DNA of 60,686 bases. Source: an uncultured virus (IMG/VR IMGVR_UViG_3300036769_000405). Taxonomy: Duplodnaviria; Heunggongvirae; Uroviricota; Caudoviricetes. The stretch is from the IMG/VR virus record IMGVR_UViG_3300036769_000405; one strand, written 5' to 3'. The notes beneath the pieces are model-generated. The model saw only the letters and a program-made list of their open reading frames with translations, searched no databases and had not been told where the DNA came from. Both the position numbers and the translations under genes were made by a program. Within the stretch, counting starts at the first letter, position 1. Each line of letters opens with the position of its first letter. Positions 27,417 to 37,807 of this stretch are shown one piece after another.

Positions 27417-27955
27417 GTGATATGCATATCTATGATATCTCTAGTATAGAATGGCGACCTGAGTTTCCTAACTTAGATTTGTATGCCGTTAATCTTATTG
27501 ATTCATGGAATGCATTTACTGACCCTAAGGATATTGTTATTATTGTAGGAGATGTTGGTCATTATTGTCCACGTACTATTGAAGTACTAAAGAGACTCAA
27601 TGGTATTAAAATCTTAATTATCGGTAATCATGATTTAACTTGGGGAGATAATATTTACACCTGTGGCGTTTTTAGTGGAATACATCAAAGTATTGATCAA
27701 AACAATATACATGTACAACACATCCCAGAAAAATATGCAGGTGATTGTCAATTCTATATTCATGGGCATCATCACCGCTACAATATGCCTGGAATGTATA
27801 AAGCTTTGAGTCAGTATGCTAATGATACTTATAGGTTGAATTGCGCAGCTGATTTAAATGGAAACCACCCATGTACTATACAAGAATTAATGCTTAACAA
27901 AGAAGTGTTACTTTATAAGTACCATGAGATGGGTTTATTACAGGAGGAATCTTGA
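27398..27955 (+). CDS. Calcineurin-like metallophosphoesterase
   Basis: SDMH, GDVG, GNHD, H and HGHHH motifs in canonical order. Confidence 0.9.
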   Translation: MEYKFISDMHIYDISSIEWRPEFPNLDLYAVNLIDSWNAFTDPKDIVIIVGDVGHYCPRTIEVLKRLNGIKILIIGNHDLTWGDNIYTCGVFSGIHQSIDQNNIHVQHIPEKYAGDCQFYIHGHHHRYNMPGMYKALSQYANDTYRLNCAADLNGNHPCTIQELMLNKEVLLYKYHEMGLLQEES

Positions 27956-27956
27956 A

Positions 27957-28208
27957 ATGCAGGAAATTAACAATAACGAGGGATATTCACCAAAAATGGA
28001 TATGGCAGTTACACGCGCTGTTAATGATTGGTGGAACAGCTTATCAAAAGAAGAGTTATTACATTACATTGCTGAGCAGCCTACCATGACTGCTGATGCT
28101 ATCCGAAAAATGATGGGTAACATGAATTGTGTTCTTGCTTTTGACATTAAGTACGCTACAAGATCAAGTGAAGCTGTAGCTGATTTTCATACACAGGGAG
28201 ATAACTAA
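27957..28208 (+). CDS. Hypothetical protein
   Basis: AGGAGG RBS before ATG 27957. Confidence 0.6.
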   Translation: MQEINNNEGYSPKMDMAVTRAVNDWWNSLSKEELLHYIAEQPTMTADAIRKMMGNMNCVLAFDIKYATRSSEAVADFHTQGDN

Positions 28209-28222
28209 AGGAGTAGGTTATA

Positions 28223-28933
28223 ATGTTGAGAAAAGTAATAAGTAAGTTAGTAGCTGTAGTGGTTTTAGTTACTGTGATAATGTCAGGTAACACAGCATAC
28301 GGTTCAACGACTTATGATGTACCATCTAACAGTTCCTTTAAATCCTATATGGATTATGAGAAAATAACAAATAAATCTTCAGAACAATGGAAGTTACAAC
28401 AGTTATGTACAACAACAGGAAATGGGTTTAGAACCTATAACGGATACTATACCGTAGCTGTTGGTACTGGCTATAATGCTCCTGTTGGTACATACCTGGA
28501 TGCAACTTTAGATACTGGTATTGTTCTACATTGTATTGTTGGCGATGTTAAATCAAATAATGATACAGACGGAACTAATAAGCAAGATAAGAACAATAAT
28601 AGCGTTCTAGAGTTCATTGTTGATCAGAGTTTGATTAAAGTTTCTACAAACAAATCAGGTACTGTATCAACCATAGACGGTTTTGAGGGTGATGTTGTTA
28701 GTATCTGCGTCTACTCTAATAGTGATACAGCTTCAATTGATTGGTTAAGATCAGTTGATGATATGGAATCAACTAATAGTTATCTGGTAACAGATAAATA
28801 TTCAGTTGATGTTGGAGATATAACTTTGTATATTGTTGAGTTCGCCGCCCCTACTGATTTTAATACAATAGAAGTTAACAAAGATACATATAACTCACTG
28901 GTAGTAAATAGCTCAGTTATATCTTTAGATTAA
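28223..28933 (+). CDS. Secreted protein, possible cell-wall-active (3D/RlpA-like barrel) domain
   Basis: Signal peptide; FKSYMDY...YYTVAVGTGY...GTYLD...CIVGDVK pattern reminiscent of double-psi-barrel lytic proteins. Confidence 0.4.
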   Translation: MLRKVISKLVAVVVLVTVIMSGNTAYGSTTYDVPSNSSFKSYMDYEKITNKSSEQWKLQQLCTTTGNGFRTYNGYYTVAVGTGYNAPVGTYLDATLDTGIVLHCIVGDVKSNNDTDGTNKQDKNNNSVLEFIVDQSLIKVSTNKSGTVSTIDGFEGDVVSICVYSNSDTASIDWLRSVDDMESTNSYLVTDKYSVDVGDITLYIVEFAAPTDFNTIEVNKDTYNSLVVNSSVISLD

Positions 28934-28950
28934 GCGGTCAATGACCGCTT
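28932..28950. repeat. Perfect inverted repeat AAGCGGTCA-A-TGACCGCTT
   Basis: 9-bp arms with a 1-nt spacer, overlapping the stop codon of 28223..28933. Confidence 0.8.
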
Positions 28951-29016
28951 GTATTATTGAGAGTACTTTGCTCCCAGAGCACTGTATTTAAAAATACATT
29001 GGGAGATTATATTAAT

Positions 29017-29238
29017 ATGACTTTATTTAATTATGGGGATAAGGTAACTGCAACTGTTGGGAATATTGATTGTAACGGTGTAATAGTTTATGATGTAGAA
29101 ACTGAGAGTAAAGCTATAGCATCTATTGATTGTAATGTATTGATTCCGGTTGATGCTTGTAGTTGTATTTGTAATGTTGCTAACAATGTACAATTCAACC
29201 CTAGTAGGTTAGAATTATTATACAGGAAATATTTTTGA
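29017..29238 (+). CDS. Small hypothetical protein
   Basis: The ORF track starts at 28957 (TTG); ATG 29017 has GGGAG upstream. Start uncertain. Confidence 0.5.
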   Translation: MTLFNYGDKVTATVGNIDCNGVIVYDVETESKAIASIDCNVLIPVDACSCICNVANNVQFNPSRLELLYRKYF

Positions 29239-29247
29239 GGAGGTTTT

Positions 29248-30402
29248 ATGACACAAATTATTTGTAATAGATGTGGTAAGGTGCTTACAGATGAAGATGC
29301 ATACCAACTTACTGGTTCAGGTAAATTCTGTGATGCTTTCAAGGATGCTGATTTTTGTAGTGAATGTGCTGATTCTATTATTGAGTATAGTCTTAGTGTT
29401 AGCGATTTACTATCTGCGTCTGATTCAATTAAACCAACCTTAGTACCTAAGAGTTCTTTAGATGCTTGTGTTACTATTAGTTCCAGTAAGGAATCTTTGG
29501 AAGAACCTGTTCAGCTTTTACCTAAACATGCTTTTGATATTAAAGAAGCTTATACAAAGTACACAGCTGGTGAAGACTTAGATTCTATAGCACGCTATTA
29601 CGATATGCAAGCCTTTGTATTAAAAGATATCTTACGTAAGTATGAGTTATCAGATTGTGATTCAGATACATACACAATATCTTTACAACAGGTAACGGGT
29701 AATATACGTAGGTTATACTGCAATAATCGGTTATCACCAACATCTATTGCAGAAACATACGGTTTACGTACAGATGATGTTATTGCTGCAATTGCCGAGA
29801 AAATCCCTGAGACAAAGTGGCGTGATGATGCAGCAGTAGCTGCTCATGCCTACAGAGACAAACATTTTGGAAAAGATGCAATTGTTAAACTCTATGAAGA
29901 ATCAAGAAGTCTGGCTGAGATCGCTGATATAACCGGAACACAACGTAATGAAGTTATTACAATTCTTCTTAAGAGTATTCCTGAAGAGAATTGGAATGAT
30001 ACACTATGTACTGAGGATCGTATTCGAAAGAGTGGTAAGATAAGAAAGTACTCTACACGTGGATCTCTCACCGGACATGAAGAAGAAGCTATCAAAATGA
30101 TAGCTAGTGGTATAAAGCAAGTTGATGTTGCCAAAAAGTTTGATGTAACACAAGCTTCTGTTAGTAGACTTGTAAAGCGTTATAACATGGATACAGTTAA
30201 AGCTAATATAAAAGATAATACACGTGAAAGTGACTCTATTTTGACAGGGGCTGAACTAGTTGATAACACTGTTGTAGCATCATCTAAGATAGATATTGGT
30301 AAAGTTAAAGCACTACGTAAAGCTGGCTGGAGTTTGTCACAGATCGCTGATGAGTTCTACTGTGATGAAAGTGATATTAAGTGGGCTTTAGAACAAAATT
30401 AG
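29248..30402 (+). CDS. Multi-HTH DNA-binding protein with an N-terminal Zn ribbon
   Basis: CNRC...CSEC, then about five HTH-like units (LDSIARYY, PTSIAETYGL, SLAEIADITG, KQVDVAKKFDVTQASVSR, GWSLSQIADEF). Confidence 0.75.
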   Translation: MTQIICNRCGKVLTDEDAYQLTGSGKFCDAFKDADFCSECADSIIEYSLSVSDLLSASDSIKPTLVPKSSLDACVTISSSKESLEEPVQLLPKHAFDIKEAYTKYTAGEDLDSIARYYDMQAFVLKDILRKYELSDCDSDTYTISLQQVTGNIRRLYCNNRLSPTSIAETYGLRTDDVIAAIAEKIPETKWRDDAAVAAHAYRDKHFGKDAIVKLYEESRSLAEIADITGTQRNEVITILLKSIPEENWNDTLCTEDRIRKSGKIRKYSTRGSLTGHEEEAIKMIASGIKQVDVAKKFDVTQASVSRLVKRYNMDTVKANIKDNTRESDSILTGAELVDNTVVASSKIDIGKVKALRKAGWSLSQIADEFYCDESDIKWALEQN

Positions 30403-30414
30403 GAGGAATAAGTT

Positions 30415-31743
30415 ATGGCAGTTTTTGGTATAGACCTGGGTACTACTAACTCTCTTATAGGGTTAGAATCTACTGGGTATTTAAGTAATCTTATCCCTAG
30501 TTGTGTTAACATGGAAACAGGTGAAGCTGGTGCTTCTATGTTCGACAACATGTCAGCCGAGCGATCATACAAGGTTAATATGTCTATGGGTGTTGAAGGT
30601 ATTGTACCTCGTGTTGCAAGTCAGCATGTTCTTGAAGAACTTGCTAGGATGGCTCACAAAGAAACAGGATTAGACGTTAAAGACGTTGTTATTTCAGTTC
30701 CTGCTTATTTCAGTGACTCACAGCGTACTGCAACCATTACAGCGGCAACGCTTGCTGGACTTAATGTTGTCAGTTTGGTAAATGAACCAACAGCAGCCGC
30801 TATGTATATTGCAAAGAATAAAAAGAATCTCTTCGTTGTCTATGACCTTGGTGGAGGAACATTTGATTGTTCTATCATTGACAGTCGCTTTGGTACCTAT
30901 GATGTACAGGCAACATCCGGTCGTAATGAGGGTGGTGATAACTTTGATCAGTGTATTATGCAGTACTTCATTAAGAATGGTAATATTCCATTTAGTGGTG
31001 TTAGTAGTAAAATGGCACGTACTGCTTTACAGCATTTTGCTGGTAAAGTTAAAATCAAGCTTCAGCAGGCAAAAACTCCAATTACAGTAGATCTCTCACC
31101 TTGGTCTGGGGAAACAATTCTCTTCACACCGGAGGTCTATAAAGAGTTAATGAAAATGACTTTCAGTAAAACAATTGAATGTATGCTGAAGTTAATCAAA
31201 GCTTGGATTCCGGATAATGAATTATTCGAGATTCTATTGGTTGGTGGCTCTACACACTGTCCTTATTTGAGAGAGTGGATTGAAGAGTCTACTGGAAGAC
31301 CAACAGCCCCATTAACTTATGATCCTGATCGTGTTGTAGCACAGGGAGCTGCTTTATATGCAGATATTGTTGACTCTGGGAATATTGCTACACAAGTTTC
31401 CGATGTAACTAAGGAGTTATCTATAGGATTATTTGACGGTACAGTATCAACAATTGTTCCTGCAAACAGTAAGATTCCATTATCAGTTGAAAAGGTATTC
31501 TCTAACCCTGTTCCCGCTACTCAATTAATTCTTGATCTCTATCAAGGTGAATCAATGTTCGTTAAAGATAATGAATGTATTGGACACTTGGTTTGGGATT
31601 ATGATGGACCAAAAGATGTTAATGAAGGACAGGTTATTGTTACTGTATCTATTGATACAAGTGGTGTTATTACGTTTGCAGCAAATGAACTGCTAAAGCC
31701 AGCAAAGATCGTCGTACTAAAACGAGATAATGCACTGAAATAA
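30415..31743 (+). CDS. dnaK: Hsp70/DnaK-family chaperone, shortened (442 aa)
   Basis: GIDLGTTNS, VISVPAYF, NEPTAAA, VYDLGGGTFD and LLVGGST. A substrate-binding beta domain is present but no helical lid. Confidence 0.9.
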   Translation: MAVFGIDLGTTNSLIGLESTGYLSNLIPSCVNMETGEAGASMFDNMSAERSYKVNMSMGVEGIVPRVASQHVLEELARMAHKETGLDVKDVVISVPAYFSDSQRTATITAATLAGLNVVSLVNEPTAAAMYIAKNKKNLFVVYDLGGGTFDCSIIDSRFGTYDVQATSGRNEGGDNFDQCIMQYFIKNGNIPFSGVSSKMARTALQHFAGKVKIKLQQAKTPITVDLSPWSGETILFTPEVYKELMKMTFSKTIECMLKLIKAWIPDNELFEILLVGGSTHCPYLREWIEESTGRPTAPLTYDPDRVVAQGAALYADIVDSGNIATQVSDVTKELSIGLFDGTVSTIVPANSKIPLSVEKVFSNPVPATQLILDLYQGESMFVKDNECIGHLVWDYDGPKDVNEGQVIVTVSIDTSGVITFAANELLKPAKIVVLKRDNALK

Positions 31744-31757
31744 TATGAGGTATTATT

Positions 31758-32093
31758 ATGATAATTGGGGACGCAAAAATAGATTATGAAAATCTTAAGC
31801 GTTTTGTTGGGAGACCTGATGACCTTGTAACTTATGCTGAAAATCAAGTTCCTATTTGGGCTAGACACATTAAGTGTTTAGCCCAGAATCAGCGTTTCTA
31901 CATTGCTATACATTTACGAGGTGTTTTAACAATTTCATACAAAGTAAGAATGGAACTTGTAAATGCTCTAGTCGATGGTATAATCATTAAAGGTGTAATA
32001 TCAACATTTACACCGATAAATGATATCATCGATACTTGTAACAAAGAGGCTTTGATTGCAATGATTGAGCAAAGGATTGAAAATAATGTCTAA
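31758..32093 (+). CDS. Hypothetical protein
   Basis: GAGGT RBS; 111 aa. Confidence 0.6.
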   Translation: MIIGDAKIDYENLKRFVGRPDDLVTYAENQVPIWARHIKCLAQNQRFYIAIHLRGVLTISYKVRMELVNALVDGIIIKGVISTFTPINDIIDTCNKEALIAMIEQRIENNV

Positions 32094-32319
32094 CACAGAC
32101 TTATATAAAGAAGAGTTGGAAGAACTTACAGGTAAAATTTATAATGGTGATTTAACACCATTAGTGTTTGATTTACTAAAAGAATCTCCATACTTAGATG
32201 TTCTATTACATGAACTTACAGGTAAAGAGATTACTGCGAAACCTGAGGATGAAGTCCAGCAACCAACAGCCGCTCCTAAGTTTGAAGATTGGTTTAAAAA
32301 CTGTAAGCGGCTTAGATAG
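32086..32319 (+). CDS. Small hypothetical protein
   Basis: AAAGGA RBS before ATG 32086. Confidence 0.55.
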   Translation: MSNTDLYKEELEELTGKIYNGDLTPLVFDLLKESPYLDVLLHELTGKEITAKPEDEVQQPTAAPKFEDWFKNCKRLR

Positions 32320-32327
32320 GAGAATAT

Positions 32328-33800
32328 ATGATTATATTAACCAATCCTATAAATTTATACGGAAAGAAAGTTGTTGCAGATATTGCTACTAGAACAGGTA
32401 ACAGTACTGCAGATAATTATAGTTGTGGTTTAGGGCTAGCTTATAAAGTAAATAAGTTATGGCCGGATAATGATTCAGATGCAAACATGGAATCTCTATT
32501 TGAGGCTCAGGCTGATTTTGATGCAGATATTGTTCAACCAGATTTAACCGAAGAAGAGTATGACGAAGACATAATTGCAGAAAATCATGCTGTAGGTGTT
32601 AAATATAATCCGGCTGTTGATAAAACAAACTTCGATAGGTATTACAGGAGACTTGAAGATATTGCGAATGATTACCTTGAAAAGTATGTTGGAAACCTCG
32701 TTTTTTCTATCAGAACACATGATGATGGTATTCGGTCATATAACAGTAAGCATCGTGTTCAGAATGCTCTATTTAATTTTAGCGGAGAAGACGGTGATGA
32801 TTTCACCGAGTTGGCTGACTTGCAGCTTGATGTTAACGTTGATGATTGGTCTACAGAAGCAAAGAGTGTTGCTCGTGAAAATCTTCCATATGTTGTAAAG
32901 AGATTACATAATATGAGCATTTACACTGGGATTCATATGCTGAGTTTTGTATCAGCATATGAACGAGCTAAGATCAAATCTGAGAGAATTCGTTCAGCAG
33001 GATCAGTAAAAACTTTGAAGAAGAATGCTGTGATTGAGCAAGGTGTTTACCTGTGTGATAAGCAAGGTAATATCACAAAGAAAGTTCTAGTGCAAAATAA
33101 GAATCAGCGAGCTTCAGATATGTTTGATTGGATTACTGGTCGATCTAAACAATACCCAGAATACTTCAATGACTATCTGAATTATATTCACTATTGTAAA
33201 GTTTTGAACATTAATATTCTGGATGATGATATGACAAAGTACCAATCAGATTTTATAGATAAGTTGATCATTACCACTGTCACTCCTAATAATTGTTATG
33301 ACAGAAATGTTTTCAATGCTATTTTGAGTAATAGTACAACACTTACACCGTCTGATGATTACAATAGTGTTTTGGATAACACTGTTGAGGCATTTCAACA
33401 GATTTGTGACTCAGACCCTATCTTACAGGAAAGTATTTTACATCACGATTCTATCAAAGTTCAATCTTATATGAATGATGTTAAGTCCATATACAATACA
33501 TACATGCTTATGAGTAAAGGTATTCAGGTTGATCCTTCGAAGTTCTACTGGGATAGTGGATTTCTTTTTTATGCTGATAACATTGTAATCATGTCAGCAA
33601 ACAGTTTAAGCAACCCTGAAGATGCTCCATTTGAAAATGATGAGTGTATCTTCAGTGAACTTGGATTTGTTGTACAAGTCTCTAATCTGATGAGTCTCTA
33701 TATAATGACTATACCTGTGGCTTTAGCTAACTTCAAGAATCGATTAATATATAAAGATTCTGAGTATAAGTATGTACCTTGGCGGAGAGTGGGATCATGA
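32328..33800 (+). CDS. Hypothetical protein (490 aa)
   Basis: AGGAG RBS and long ORF; no confident family. Confidence 0.75.
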   Translation: MIILTNPINLYGKKVVADIATRTGNSTADNYSCGLGLAYKVNKLWPDNDSDANMESLFEAQADFDADIVQPDLTEEEYDEDIIAENHAVGVKYNPAVDKTNFDRYYRRLEDIANDYLEKYVGNLVFSIRTHDDGIRSYNSKHRVQNALFNFSGEDGDDFTELADLQLDVNVDDWSTEAKSVARENLPYVVKRLHNMSIYTGIHMLSFVSAYERAKIKSERIRSAGSVKTLKKNAVIEQGVYLCDKQGNITKKVLVQNKNQRASDMFDWITGRSKQYPEYFNDYLNYIHYCKVLNINILDDDMTKYQSDFIDKLIITTVTPNNCYDRNVFNAILSNSTTLTPSDDYNSVLDNTVEAFQQICDSDPILQESILHHDSIKVQSYMNDVKSIYNTYMLMSKGIQVDPSKFYWDSGFLFYADNIVIMSANSLSNPEDAPFENDECIFSELGFVVQVSNLMSLYIMTIPVALANFKNRLIYKDSEYKYVPWRRVGS

Positions 33801-33872
33801 TACAAGTTTATTACATTGAAGATTTAACAATCGATATGATCGACAATTTAGTTGAGAAAGGTGTGGTTTTTG

Positions 33873-34376
33873 ATGTTGCCAGTAAAACTTCCTTACTACC
33901 CAAAAATACAAGCCACAATGAGAGAGACACGGTTCGGAGCAGTAGAAATAAGCGAATCGAGGATCTACAATAAACCAGTTCCTGATAAGGTTATTCTCCG
34001 TGTAGATACTCTCGAGTGTTTACGTGAAACCCTAGGAGATGAAGCTTTTATATGCAGAGAACTGCTCTATACTATTATGGCTGGAGAGCATCCGTTGTAT
34101 GATGTTAATGATGTATTTGCTTCTTATTACAGAAAGTATAAGAAGATTACTGAATATGTTAACAACATTTATTACTTCGGAGATTCTTCAATTCCTATTT
34201 TGGAAAGGTCTATACTTCCGTTACGTGAACAAGTAAATAAGTACAGAGATGAAACTCTACAGTATCTTGATAATGTGGGTGGAAAGTATTTAGTACAAAC
34301 ACATGATTTCCTGTACTTTGCTTTTAACTCTCAGGCAAAGATTCCGGAAATAAAAGGAGCTAAGAAGATATGTTAA
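33873..34376 (+). CDS. Hypothetical protein, possibly a degenerate PolA palm fragment
   Basis: GAAAGGTG RBS before ATG 33873; C-terminal YLVQTHDFLYF resembles PolA motif C; overlaps the polA start. Confidence 0.5.
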   Translation: MLPVKLPYYPKIQATMRETRFGAVEISESRIYNKPVPDKVILRVDTLECLRETLGDEAFICRELLYTIMAGEHPLYDVNDVFASYYRKYKKITEYVNNIYYFGDSSIPILERSILPLREQVNKYRDETLQYLDNVGGKYLVQTHDFLYFAFNSQAKIPEIKGAKKIC

Positions 34377-37300
34377 AATCAGGTGTATTTGTAACGCCTA
34401 AACAAACGTACACGGTTTACGAAATTATTGAAAGTGGTTTTCATAGAATCGATTTTATTAAGGGAAATGCTTCATTTCAGGTTGATGTGGAAGCCGTAGC
34501 TTATTCACAAGTTAGAAAAAAGAATGTATACTCTATAGGTGATTCTGAGATTTATGATGAATACCTTAAAGTTAAAGATACTATTGAGTCAGCGTACATG
34601 AAGACAACCAAAGAAGCTGTTTGGGAAAATGGTGTATATGTTACCCGATTACACTCAGTAAATGAGAAACTTGGATACACAATTGATTCTACGGTAGAGA
34701 ATGGTGTAACAACAGACTCTAGTCTTACATGTACTGGATTCTCTATTCATAGTTTTACAGTTGACCCATTGTATGGAATTAAGCTTGATCCATTGAACTT
34801 TAGTGAGTATCAAACTGTGCAGTTGTCTAAAGACACATTGCAGGCGGATACAGGGTCTTTATTTTATTCCTTGGATGTCTTAAAACGTCGTTATGATTTG
34901 AGACATATTGAAGAAAAAGATTATGTAGTTGCTACAGATATTATGACAGCAGCGAGACGCTTGGATGAATTTGATAAAAATGATTATCCGTTCAAAGGTT
35001 TTGATACAGAGACCACTGGAACTGATGTTTGTATGTATGGAGAAGATCATCTGGTTGGAGTTATTCTAGGTGCTGATCCAAATACAGCAACTTACTTCCC
35101 ATTTAGGCATGAGGGTGATTTCAACCTTCCTATATCTTTCCTAGCAAAGATTGTGGAAATAGTTATTAAGCATCAAGATCATAGTGTTGCACACAATAAG
35201 AAGTTCGATCGTGAAGTTATGTTAAAAGAAGGTTTTGACATTCACATTAAATGGGATTCATTACCTATTTCTATCATAATTAATCCAGTATTAAAGAAAG
35301 GTATTCACGGTGAAAAGAATCTTGCTTATGAACTGTTAGGTAAACACTTTCTGGAACTTGATGAAATTTTTATCAATCCAAAAGATATTAACTTTGCAGT
35401 TTTAACGCCAGATATTATTAAGTACTATGCTTGTCCTGATGGTACTAACGTTATCGAAATTCTTGTGGATCAATTCAAGAAGCTTCCTAAGTATCAATAC
35501 AAATTAGCTGAGTTGGAAAGTGATTTAGCTGATGTAAAAGCAGATCAGGAGTACTATGGTATTCGTGTTGACGTTAAACGTTTTGAGAAACAATATCAGA
35601 ATTGTAATTACATCATCGATATGCTGTTAAAAGCGTTCAGAACGTTAACACACGAAGACGGTAATATTAACAGTCCTCAAGTTTTAACAGACCTCATGTA
35701 TAACAGAATGCATTGTAAAGTTCTTCTACGAACAAAGACTGGGCAAGCTTCTACGTCTTCTAATGCTATTAAGAAATTAGCTAAAGTTAAGGCAAAAGAA
35801 CCAAGTAATATTACAGAAGACCTTGTTGATTTGAATGGCAAGGTAATCATCAAAGCTAAGGATTTGGCTAATTCAGCTTATCCTGCTTTAGTTATTTTAG
35901 CAAAGTACAAAGAGTACAACAAGTTGAAGACTGCATTTTATTCACGATTTGAAAGAACAATGAAAACAGGGCGTATCTTCTTTTGGATTAATCAGCAGGG
36001 TGCTGCTACAGGTCGACAGTCAAGCCCTATGCATCAGTTACCTCCTGATTTGAAAGAAGTTATATTGTCAGATTCTGATGATCGTGATTTTTGGGGTCCT
36101 GACTTCTCACAAGTTGAGTTGCGCATGATCGCCTACTTAGCTGGAGAAACAGAATTGATCGAATTAGCTAAAGATCCTGATAATGACATACACAGAATCA
36201 TTGGATCTCTTATCTCTAATAAGGAAATGTGGGCTATTACTCCGCAAGAGCGTTCTACTGGTAAGCGCCGTAACTTTGGTGTTGTTTATCTCATCAGTGC
36301 TATGGGTCTTGCTGGGCAGATCTTTGGTCCTGGTTACACAACAGAGAATGTTAAGTTTTGTCAGCAACAACTTGACGCTTTCTATCACAAGTTTAAACGT
36401 ATTGATCGTTACATCAAACACAATAGTGCTTTGGTACAACAACGTGGTTACATGGAAACAAAGTGGTTTCATAGGCGTCGTATATTCCCTGAGATATTTG
36501 ATCCAGACCTTGAGCCACAGAAGCGTGCATCTATTTTGCGTATGGGTAATAATGTCCCTGTGCAGGGAACGGCTGCTGATTATCTGAAAGTAGCTGAAGT
36601 ACAAATGAACAAATACATTCACCTTAAAGGTTGGGATGTTATTATGCCAGATGGATTCCCAAGAGTACGTATGATGCTCTCTATTCATGATGAAATTATT
36701 ATCTCAGCAGATAACTCTATTCCTTACGAAGAAATTATTGAAATGATTACTAAGTGTATGGAGACACCTGTTGAGGGAGCACCACCTTTCTTTGTACAAC
36801 CAGCAAGAATGGCTAACTGGGGTGAGCACAGCGATGATGCCGTAGCTATGCCTATTCGATACAGAGATCAAGTTATTGAAGATTATAACAAAACTGGAGT
36901 TTCTGTATTCAAACAATCATACTTTAATATTATCATTCCGGACGATGTTAAAGTAGAAGTAAATAAAGCAGATGCTAATGTTTCAGAACTTATCAACAAA
37001 TATACTGACAAAGTTACATTAAAGTTCAACCATGGAAATTATGGAGAAGACTTTACGGAAGAGCATGTTAAAGATGCTTTTTCTAAGTACATTCAGTCAG
37101 GGTTTACAACATACCGTATAGATAATTATATAGATCTTCTAAACAATTTTAGACAAAAGAAATTGCAGGACTATATGGATGATTTAATTCAGAAGTACGG
37201 TAGAGATTATAAGGTTGTTGGAGAACACGTTAGACATCCTTCTCTTACACACGAACTCCTAAACAAGTATGAAAAAGAGATTCCAGCTGATATGGAACAT

Positions 37301-37807
37301 GTTGACAGAATTACAGAAGCTGCTAGATGTTATATTGCTGATTTGGAATCCGGTAAAATTAGCAGTAAACTCACTTTCAAAGCAAACATCGTTGACAATC
37401 CATTGCCTGCCACAGACAAGGAATTGTTTGGTGGACAGTTGGAACAGTTAGTGAATGTTGATGAGAATGGTGATATTGTGTATGAGGACGATACTAGTGA
37501 GGACGATGATTACGGAGCTTTCTATGATGAAGATCCAGATGATATTATTGATCGTTGCAACAACAAACCACAATATGTATGGGAACTTGCAGATACAATC
37601 ACATTTGATGTACAGGACTTAACAAGTAAGGATGTGGATAAAGTATTATCTTATATCTACAAGCAACAACGTGCAGATGGCTTTTATAAGATTACCATTC
37701 TGTACAATAATCAAATAATAGATACTAAAATGCGTGCCGAAGAGATCAACATAGAAGAAGCAAATAATGTTGTAATATCTCTTCTACCTGAAAGGATGTG
37801 TTCTTAA
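34370..37807 (+). CDS. polA: Family A DNA polymerase with 3'-5' exonuclease and a long C-terminal extension
   Basis: ExoI GFDTETTG, ExoII AHNKKFD, ExoIII YACPD, TGRQSS, motif A DFSQVELR, motif B RSTGKRRNFGVVY, PVQGTAAD and motif C SIHDE. Confidence 0.93.
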   Translation: MLKSGVFVTPKQTYTVYEIIESGFHRIDFIKGNASFQVDVEAVAYSQVRKKNVYSIGDSEIYDEYLKVKDTIESAYMKTTKEAVWENGVYVTRLHSVNEKLGYTIDSTVENGVTTDSSLTCTGFSIHSFTVDPLYGIKLDPLNFSEYQTVQLSKDTLQADTGSLFYSLDVLKRRYDLRHIEEKDYVVATDIMTAARRLDEFDKNDYPFKGFDTETTGTDVCMYGEDHLVGVILGADPNTATYFPFRHEGDFNLPISFLAKIVEIVIKHQDHSVAHNKKFDREVMLKEGFDIHIKWDSLPISIIINPVLKKGIHGEKNLAYELLGKHFLELDEIFINPKDINFAVLTPDIIKYYACPDGTNVIEILVDQFKKLPKYQYKLAELESDLADVKADQEYYGIRVDVKRFEKQYQNCNYIIDMLLKAFRTLTHEDGNINSPQVLTDLMYNRMHCKVLLRTKTGQASTSSNAIKKLAKVKAKEPSNITEDLVDLNGKVIIKAKDLANSAYPALVILAKYKEYNKLKTAFYSRFERTMKTGRIFFWINQQGAATGRQSSPMHQLPPDLKEVILSDSDDRDFWGPDFSQVELRMIAYLAGETELIELAKDPDNDIHRIIGSLISNKEMWAITPQERSTGKRRNFGVVYLISAMGLAGQIFGPGYTTENVKFCQQQLDAFYHKFKRIDRYIKHNSALVQQRGYMETKWFHRRRIFPEIFDPDLEPQKRASILRMGNNVPVQGTAADYLKVAEVQMNKYIHLKGWDVIMPDGFPRVRMMLSIHDEIIISADNSIPYEEIIEMITKCMETPVEGAPPFFVQPARMANWGEHSDDAVAMPIRYRDQVIEDYNKTGVSVFKQSYFNIIIPDDVKVEVNKADANVSELINKYTDKVTLKFNHGNYGEDFTEEHVKDAFSKYIQSGFTTYRIDNYIDLLNNFRQKKLQDYMDDLIQKYGRDYKVVGEHVRHPSLTHELLNKYEKEIPADMEHVDRITEAARCYIADLESGKISSKLTFKANIVDNPLPATDKELFGGQLEQLVNVDENGDIVYEDDTSEDDDYGAFYDEDPDDIIDRCNNKPQYVWELADTITFDVQDLTSKDVDKVLSYIYKQQRADGFYKITILYNNQIIDTKMRAEEINIEEANNVVISLLPERMCS

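Noticed and set aside
32122..32226. 15-bp direct repeat GAACTTACAGGTAAA at 32122 and 32212
   Set aside because: In-frame coding duplication (ELTGK) within a small ORF; no sign of att sites or target-site duplication.
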